Below, one piece after another: positions 23,654 to 32,000 of a stretch of 32,000 nucleotides of DNA; position 1 is the stretch's first letter, and each line of letters starts with the position of its first letter. Source of the DNA: Paracoccus suum. GTDB taxonomy: Bacteria > Pseudomonadota > Alphaproteobacteria > Rhodobacterales > Rhodobacteraceae. The notes beneath the pieces were generated by a model, which saw nothing but the letters and a program-made list of their open reading frames with translations, made no database searches and had not been told where the DNA came from. A program made the position numbers and the translations under genes. The stretch spans positions 2,820,001-2,852,000 of the forward strand of contig NZ_CP030918.1 of NCBI RefSeq assembly GCF_003324675.1, in the 5' to 3' direction.

Positions 23654-24439
23654 ATGACGCCCGAACCCTCCTTCTTCGCCATCCGCATAGCCACCTCCGA
23701 GGTGGACCGCCTCGGGGCAGAGCGTCTGCGCTATCGCGTTTTCGTCAAAGAGCTTGGCGGCGACGGCCCTATGGTCGATCATGATCGCCGGCTGGAGCGC
23801 GACGAGTTCGACCCGGTGGTCGATCACCTGCTGCTGATCGACACGCGCATTCCGCCACAAACCCTCGATCATGTTGTCGGCGCCTATCGCCTGCTGCCGG
23901 GCCCGCGCGCGGCCGAGTTCGGCAGCTTTTACTGCGATGCCGAATATGACCTCTCGCCGCTACGGTCCAGCGGGCGGCGGCTGCTGGAACTGGGCCGTTC
24001 ATGCATGCATCCAGACTATCGCGGTGGCTCGGGCATGTATCTGCTGTGGAATGCCCTGGCCGATTACGTCAACGAGTTGAATATCGAGGTGCTGTTCGGC
24101 GTCGCCTCGTTCCACGGCACCGACCCGCAGGCGCTGGCCGCCCCGCTGAGCTGGCTGCATCATCACCACCTGGCGCCCCCGGGCCTGCGCGCGGTCGCCC
24201 GGCCTGAGGGCTATCAGCGCATGGACCTGATTGCGCCCGAGGCGCTGGACCGGCGCATGGCGATGACGCAGATGCCTGCGCTGATCAAAGCCTATCTGCG
24301 GCTGGGCGGCATGGTGGGCGACGGGGCGTTCGTCGATCGGCCGTTCAACACCACTGACGTGTTCCTGCTGATGGACACGGCCGAGATGTCCAGCCGGCAT
24401 CGGGACTTCTACCAGACACGCCGGCAGCCGGCGCTGTAG
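23654..24439 (+). CDS. olsB: GNAT-family N-acyltransferase, ornithine-lipid synthase OlsB (L-ornithine N-alpha-acyltransferase)
   Basis: Blocks typical of OlsB/hemolysin-like acyltransferases are present: LRYRVFVKELG, VGAYRLL, LELGRSCMHPDYRGG and MPALIKAYLRLGG. A PlsC-type acyltransferase follows immediately, which is the olsBA arrangement. Confidence 0.85.
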   Translation: MTPEPSFFAIRIATSEVDRLGAERLRYRVFVKELGGDGPMVDHDRRLERDEFDPVVDHLLLIDTRIPPQTLDHVVGAYRLLPGPRAAEFGSFYCDAEYDLSPLRSSGRRLLELGRSCMHPDYRGGSGMYLLWNALADYVNELNIEVLFGVASFHGTDPQALAAPLSWLHHHHLAPPGLRAVARPEGYQRMDLIAPEALDRRMAMTQMPALIKAYLRLGGMVGDGAFVDRPFNTTDVFLLMDTAEMSSRHRDFYQTRRQPAL

Positions 24440-24440
24440 C

Positions 24441-25337
24441 ATGGCCTCAGATCCGAACGGCCCCGTCGCGCCGCGCGCGAGCGCCCTGCCCGATTCCGCC
24501 CCAGCCCGCGCGTCCGGTCCTGCCTGGCACGATAACGCCGCACCGCCGCCAGTGCTGCCCCGCATCTCGCTGCTGGGGTGGCTGCGTGCCGGCCTGCGCG
24601 GCACGGGCGTGGTCATCTGGCTCGCCCTCGGCGTTCTGGCCCTGTTGCTGCTGCGCCTGCCCGAGCGGGCGCTGCATGGCGCGCGCCGCCCCTGGACCGG
24701 GCCGCTGGTGCAGGGCGTCTGCCGCGGCTGCCTCGCGATCCTCGGCATCCGCTGGCGGCGCGTCGGCCGGCCGATGCAAGGGCCGGGCGCGGCTGTCGCC
24801 AACCACAGCAGTTGGCTGGACATATTGGTCCTGAACGCCGCGCTGCCGGTGTTCTTCGTCTCTAAGGCCGAGGTCGCGGGTTGGCCGGGCATCAACATCC
24901 TGACCCGTGTCACCGACACGCATTTCGTGGTCCGCGACCCGCGCCTTGCCCAGTCTCAAGCGGCCGAGTTCGCTGCCCGGACGCGCGCCGGCCACCGCCT
25001 GCTGTTCTTCCCCGAGGGGACCAGCACCGATGGCCGCCGGGTGCTGCCGTTCAAGCCGACCCTGTTCCAGGCGTTCCTCGCCCCGGACCTGCCCGCCGGG
25101 CTGGCGCTGCAGCCGGTCAGTGCCGCCTATCGCGCGCCGCCACGCCGGGACGCACGGTTCTATGGCTGGTGGGGCGCGATGGCGCTCGGGCCGCATTTGC
25201 TGGCCGTTCTGGCACAGGCGCCCCAAGGCAGCGTCACCGTGACGCTGCACCCGCCGATCACTGTAGCGGGCAGCAACCGCAAGGCGCTCGCTGCGCAGTG
25301 CGAGGCCGCGGTTCGCAGCGGCCTGCCCTGGGCTTGA
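24441..25337 (+). CDS. olsA: lyso-ornithine lipid O-acyltransferase (PlsC/LPLAT family)
   Basis: It has the HX4D motif NHSSWLD and the FPEGTS motif, plus an N-terminal TM segment. The start lies 1 nt after the olsB TAG. The true start could be further downstream. Confidence 0.8.
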   Translation: MASDPNGPVAPRASALPDSAPARASGPAWHDNAAPPPVLPRISLLGWLRAGLRGTGVVIWLALGVLALLLLRLPERALHGARRPWTGPLVQGVCRGCLAILGIRWRRVGRPMQGPGAAVANHSSWLDILVLNAALPVFFVSKAEVAGWPGINILTRVTDTHFVVRDPRLAQSQAAEFAARTRAGHRLLFFPEGTSTDGRRVLPFKPTLFQAFLAPDLPAGLALQPVSAAYRAPPRRDARFYGWWGAMALGPHLLAVLAQAPQGSVTVTLHPPITVAGSNRKALAAQCEAAVRSGLPWA

Positions 25338-25448
25338 ACAGCTTTTCCCGCCGTCCGCAGCATTAGCCTGGCTCATCACCCTTGCGCGACCTCTGGCTTC
25401 GCAGGCGGCGCTGGGCTATGCCGCCGGGACGTATCCGAAAGACTCGCC

Positions 25449-26099
25449 ATGCCCGAAGACCAGATCACCCGCGCGCCCCAAGCGCCCGCCGATGCAGAGC
25501 CCCAGGCGGTGCAGCTGTATCTCGTGACGCCCATGGGCGCCTCGGCGGCCGCGCTGGGCCCGCTTCTGGCCGAGGTGCTGGACCGCGTGCAGGTCGCCTG
25601 CCTGCGCCTGCGTGCCCACGACGATCTGGCCGAACTGGGCCGGCTGGCCGACATGGCGCGCGAGATCGCCCATGCCCGCGACGTGCCGGTGGTGATCGAA
25701 AATCACTGGGAACTGGCGCTGAGCCACGGTCTGGACGGCGTTCACCTGATGAGCGGCGGGCGCAAGGTGCGTGATGCACGTCAGGCGCTGGGGCCGGATG
25801 CCATCGTCGGCGCCTTCTGCGGCAACCAGCGCCATGCCGGGATCAACGCGGCAGAGGCCGGGGCCGATTACGTCACCTTTGGCCCGGTCGGCGGGGCACC
25901 CACTGCCGGGGTGGAGCAAGCGCCGCTCGATCTGTTTGCCTGGTGGTCCGAAATGATCGAGGTGCCGGTGGTGGCCGAGGGCCACCTCGACGCCGCGCTT
26001 ATCGCCAAGCTGGCGCCGGTCACCGATTTCATCGCCCTCGGGGCCGAGATCTGGGCCGAGCCTGATCCCGCTGCCGCGCTTTCGGCCCTTTGGCGCTAG
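25449..26099 (+). CDS. thiamine-phosphate synthase family protein (ThiE/TenI-like paralogue)
   Basis: The TMP-TENI fold pattern is visible: LYLVTP..., VACLRLRA, DVPVVIENHWELAL, GVHL, GADYVTFGPV and VPVVAEG. It stands outside the thi operon and is preceded by no riboswitch. Confidence 0.7.
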   Translation: MPEDQITRAPQAPADAEPQAVQLYLVTPMGASAAALGPLLAEVLDRVQVACLRLRAHDDLAELGRLADMAREIAHARDVPVVIENHWELALSHGLDGVHLMSGGRKVRDARQALGPDAIVGAFCGNQRHAGINAAEAGADYVTFGPVGGAPTAGVEQAPLDLFAWWSEMIEVPVVAEGHLDAALIAKLAPVTDFIALGAEIWAEPDPAAALSALWR

Positions 26100-26106
26100 T
26101 CCGCCC

Positions 26107-26694
26107 CTAAAACTGCAGCAGGCTGCGGTTGCCGCTTGCGACGCGGCGCAGGACGGCGGGATAGAGGCGGTGCTCCGCCTCCAGCACGCGGCTCGCAAGG
26201 GTCGCGGCCGTATCGCCCGGCTTCACCGGCACACGGGCCTGACCCAGGATCGGTCCCGAATCCAGATCGGCCGTCACCTCATGCACCGTACAACCGGCCT
26301 CGGTATCGCCAGCGGCGATTGCCCGGGCATGGGTGTCGAGGCCAGGATAGAGCGGTAGCAGCGAGGGGTGGATGTTCAGCATCCGTCCGCCATCCCAGCG
26401 GGCGACAAAGCCCGGCGTCAGGATGCGCATGAAACCGGCAAGGCAGATCAGGTCGGGCGAAGCCTCGGCCAGCGGCACCGACAATGCCGCCTCGAACGCG
26501 GCCCGGTCCCGGCCAAAGGGTCGGTGATCGACCGCCTTTGCCGGCACGCCCAGCGCCGCGGCCTTGGCGAGGCCACCGGCCCCGGGATCGTTTGACAGCA
26601 CCAGAACCGGGCGCGCCGGGTGATCGCCTTGCATATCCTCGATCAGGCGGACCATGTTGGACCCGCCGCCCGAGATCAGGATCGCGACCCGCAT
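26107..26694 (-). CDS. purN: phosphoribosylglycinamide formyltransferase
   Basis: Motifs are [31 protein letters not shown] and GCTVHEV. The start overlaps the purM stop by 1 nt. Confidence 0.95.
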   Translation of the reverse strand: MRVAILISGGGSNMVRLIEDMQGDHPARPVLVLSNDPGAGGLAKAAALGVPAKAVDHRPFGRDRAAFEAALSVPLAEASPDLICLAGFMRILTPGFVARWDGGRMLNIHPSLLPLYPGLDTHARAIAAGDTEAGCTVHEVTADLDSGPILGQARVPVKPGDTAATLASRVLEAEHRLYPAVLRRVASGNRSLLQF

Positions 26695-27752
26695 CAGCGA
26701 AGGCTGCCGCTGTAGCGCACCCCCTGCCCGGCGCTGACCCGGCCGAGGGTCACGACCCTCTCTCCCCGCGCGGTTAGCAACTCGCTCAGGGCGGCCGCGC
26801 GATCCGGGGCAACCACGAGGATCATGCCGATGCCCGAGTTGAAGGTCTTGAGCATCTCGGCATCCGAAATGCCGCCCGCCTCGCGCAGCCAGGCAAAGAC
26901 CGGCGGCAGGGTCCAGGCGTCGAGGTCAACCTCGGCCCCCAGCCCCGCAGGCAGCACGCGGGGCAGGTTCTCGGTGATGCCACCACCGGTGATATGCGCG
27001 GCGGCATGCAGACCGCCGGCGTCCCGCGCCGCGAGGACCGAGCGCACGTAGAGGCGGGTCGGGACCAGCAGCCCCTCGCCAAGAGTCTCGGCGGGTGAAT
27101 CGAACGGAACCTCGTCCTCCCACCCCAGATCGGCGGCCAGCGCCACCCGGCGCACCAGCGAGTAGCCGTTGGAGTGGACGCCGTCCGAAGCCAGACCCAG
27201 CAGGACGTCACCCTCGGCCACGCCGGCCGGCAGCGCAGTCCCGCGCTCCATCGCGCCGACGGCAAAGCCGGCGAGGTCGAAATCGCCGCCGTGATACATA
27301 CCCGGCATCTCGGCCGTCTCGCCGCCGATCAGGGCACAGCCGGATGCCGCGCAGGCCTCGGCGATGCCGGTGACGATCTGCGCCCCGGCTTCGACATCGA
27401 GCTTGCCGGTGGCGAAATAGTCGAGGAAAAACAGTGGTTCGGCGCCTTGGCAGACGAGGTCGTTGACGCACATGGCGACAAGGTCGGTGCCGACGCCGCT
27501 GACGCGGCCCGTGTCGATGGCGATCCGCAGTTTCGTGCCGACCCCATCGGTCGCTGCGACCAGGATCGGATCGACGTAGCCCGCCGCCTTCAGGTCGAAC
27601 AGCGCGCCAAAGCCGCCAAGGCCCGACATCACACCGGGGCGGCGCGTGGCTGAGGCTGCCGGGCCGATCCGCTCGACGAAGGCGTTGCCGGCGTCGATAT
27701 CGACCCCGGCCTCGGCATAAGTGATCCCGCGGGCGGTCGTTTCGTTGCTCAT
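26694..27752 (-). CDS. purM: phosphoribosylformylglycinamidine cyclo-ligase (AIR synthetase)
   Basis: Starts at [23 protein letters not shown] (cat 27750..27752). Motifs are [18 protein letters not shown] and GGETAEMPG. The 25-aa extension in the track ORF is not supported. Confidence 0.95.
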   Translation of the reverse strand: MSNETTARGITYAEAGVDIDAGNAFVERIGPAASATRRPGVMSGLGGFGALFDLKAAGYVDPILVAATDGVGTKLRIAIDTGRVSGVGTDLVAMCVNDLVCQGAEPLFFLDYFATGKLDVEAGAQIVTGIAEACAASGCALIGGETAEMPGMYHGGDFDLAGFAVGAMERGTALPAGVAEGDVLLGLASDGVHSNGYSLVRRVALAADLGWEDEVPFDSPAETLGEGLLVPTRLYVRSVLAARDAGGLHAAAHITGGGITENLPRVLPAGLGAEVDLDAWTLPPVFAWLREAGGISDAEMLKTFNSGIGMILVVAPDRAAALSELLTARGERVVTLGRVSAGQGVRYSGSLR

Positions 27753-27837
27753 GGCGCACCCCTGCTGCTTTGGCCCGCCTGTTAGGCCAGTTTCCCTTGA
27801 CCCGCAAACACGCTTTTGCGACGACACTGCCTGCGGC

Positions 27838-27912
27838 GGGCCTGTAGCTCAACGGTCAGAGCAGGGCGCTCATAACGCCTTGGTTGGGGGTTCAAATCCC
27901 TCCGGGCCTACC
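27838..27912 (+). tRNA. tRNA with CAT anticodon (Met by anticodon; body resembles ileX-type tRNA-Ile2 read after lysidine modification)
   Basis: I folded the cloverleaf by hand. The acceptor is GGGCCTG/CGGGCCT, the D arm GCTC-AACGGTCA-GAGC and the anticodon arm GGGCG-CTCATAA-CGCCT (CAT at 27871-27873). The variable loop is TGGTT and the T arm GGGGG-TTCAAAT-CCCTC, with discriminator A then CC. It lacks the three G-C pairs at the base of the anticodon stem, so it is not an initiator. Confidence 0.9.
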
Positions 27913-28050
27913 GTCGCAGCTTCCGTGTGGGTGAGTGGCGGGCGCGTCCTGCCGATGAGGTTGTGCCGAAAAGCCGCAGCCGCTCACTCGGATTGCAGGC
28001 CTCGCACCCTCTTTCATGGTGTGCCCTCGCTCCCTCCCTCCACCCGCCCC

Positions 28051-28079
28051 TTGACCCAGCGACACCGCGCCGTTACCAA
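28051..28079 (+). promoter_or_regulatory. candidate sigma70-type promoter of the thi operon
   Basis: TTGACC (28051-28056), a 17-nt spacer and TACCAA (28074-28079). The predicted start lies a few nt before the riboswitch aptamer. Confidence 0.45.
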
Positions 28080-28084
28080 ATCTG

Positions 28085-31062
<2,978 letters not shown>

Positions 31063-31073
<11 letters not shown>

Positions 31074-31260
31074 TCTGAACGGAACGCCTTTCACCGTAGG
31101 CGCCAGCAGCCTCGCGGATGCGCTGACCGAACTGGGCTACAGCGGGCACGCGCTCGCCACGGCCCTCAACGGCAAGTTCGTGCCTGCTGCCGCCCGGCCC
31201 GTGACCGCACTGCGCGACGGGGACAGGGTCGAGGTGCTGGCCCCAATGCAAGGGGGCTAG
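31063..31260 (+). CDS. thiS: sulfur carrier protein ThiS
   Basis: 65 aa ending in the diagnostic ...[10 protein letters not shown]. The only start that gives ThiS length is TTG 31063, with AGGAGG 8 nt upstream, and it overlaps the thiO end by 11 nt. The longer track ORF (30973) is in-frame read-through inside thiO. Confidence 0.85.
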
Positions 31261-31262
31261 CG

Positions 31263-32000
31263 ATGCGGCTTTACGACGTCGAGTTGTCCTCGCGCCTGCT
31301 GCTCGGGACCGCGCAATATCCCTCGCCCCAAGTGCTGACGGATGCCATCGCAGCCTCGGGCTGCGGGGTCGTCACCGTGTCGCTGCGCCGCGAGGCTGCG
31401 GGTGCCGGGACCGGGGTCGGCGGTGCGGGCTTCTGGTCGCTGCTGCAGGGTTGCAGCGCGCGGATGCTGCCAAACACCGCCGGCTGCACCACCGCGCGCG
31501 AGGCGATCACCACGGCCCATATGGCGCGCGAAGTGTTCGGCACGCCCTGGATCAAGCTGGAGGTAATCGGCAACGCGGACACGCTGCAACCCGACCCCTT
31601 CGCGTTGGTCGAGGCCGCCCGGACCCTCTGCGCCGAGGGTTTCGAAGTGTTCCCCTACACCACCGAAGACCTGATCGTGGCCGAGCATCTGCTGGATGCC
31701 GGTTGCCGGGTCCTGATGCCCTGGGGGGCGCCCATCGGCTCGGGTCAGGGGCTGCGCCACGCGGATGCGCTGGCGGCGATGCGTGCGCATTTCCCGGCGG
31801 TGCCGCTGATCATCGACGCAGGCCTGGGCGCCCCGAGCCAGGCGGCGCGAGCGATGGAAATGGGCTTTGACGCGGTCCTGCTGAACACGGCCGTCGCCAA
31901 GGCCGGCGATCCGGTGGAAATGGCGCGCGCCTTTGGCCAGGCTGTCACGGCCGGGCGCACCGCCTTCGAGGCCGGGCTGATGCCGCCCCGCGACATGGCC
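31263..32000 (+). CDS. thiG: thiazole synthase ThiG (3' end beyond window)
   Basis: My translation gives [21 protein letters not shown]...MLPNTAGC...WIKLEVIGN...[14 protein letters not shown]...PLIIDAGLG...AVLLNTAVA. It is open to the window end, so it is absent from the ORF track. Confidence 0.93.
   Translation, partial: MRLYDVELSSRLLLGTAQYPSPQVLTDAIAASGCGVVTVSLRREAAGAGTGVGGAGFWSLLQGCSARMLPNTAGCTTAREAITTAHMAREVFGTPWIKLEVIGNADTLQPDPFALVEAARTLCAEGFEVFPYTTEDLIVAEHLLDAGCRVLMPWGAPIGSGQGLRHADALAAMRAHFPAVPLIIDAGLGAPSQAARAMEMGFDAVLLNTAVAKAGDPVEMARAFGQAVTAGRTAFEAGLMPPRDMA

Overview
High-GC alphaproteobacterial chromosome, Rhodobacteraceae-like in gene content and synteny (olsBA, fdxA-carD, aroK-aroB divergent from xerD, riboswitch-led thiCOSG). 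I can support about 30 protein genes, 1 tRNA, 1 TPP riboswitch, several hairpin terminators and a few candidate operators or promoters. Almost all of it is ordinary core metabolism: two divergent ABC transporter units, shikimate genes aroK/aroB, xerD, an NCS2 nucleobase permease, kduD-kdgK, fdxA, carD, metY, a CPA2 Kef-type K+ efflux protein, a tandem universal stress protein, ornithine-lipid genes olsB/olsA, a ThiE-like paralogue, purM/purN and thiC-thiO-thiS-thiG. I see no mobile elements, integrases other than xerD, CRISPR arrays, toxin-antitoxin pairs or recognisable defence genes. The tight packing with ATGA or 1-nt overlaps is typical of a conserved core region. The only locus I would call potentially undescribed lies near the window centre. 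It is a 1,383-aa single-pass giant protein (16323-20474) with a PilM/GspL-like N-terminal domain, very long A/P/T-rich disordered spacers, a TolA-like coiled coil and a PilP/GspC-HR-like C-terminal beta domain. Its stop overlaps the start of the Kef-type gene, and it is divergent from a SIMPL/BP26-like protein that carries its own A/P-rich repeat tail. Secondary items are a small-membrane-protein/secreted-helical-protein pair coupled to xerD, an ABC-2-type ATPase coupled to an importer-type permease, a well-placed FNR-type box upstream of the usp gene, two perfect palindromes in intergenic regions, and a rare-codon AT-rich patch inside the Kef gene. All family calls come from motif recognition by eye; no searches were run. 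The many long alternative-frame and antisense ORFs in the track are high-GC artefacts.
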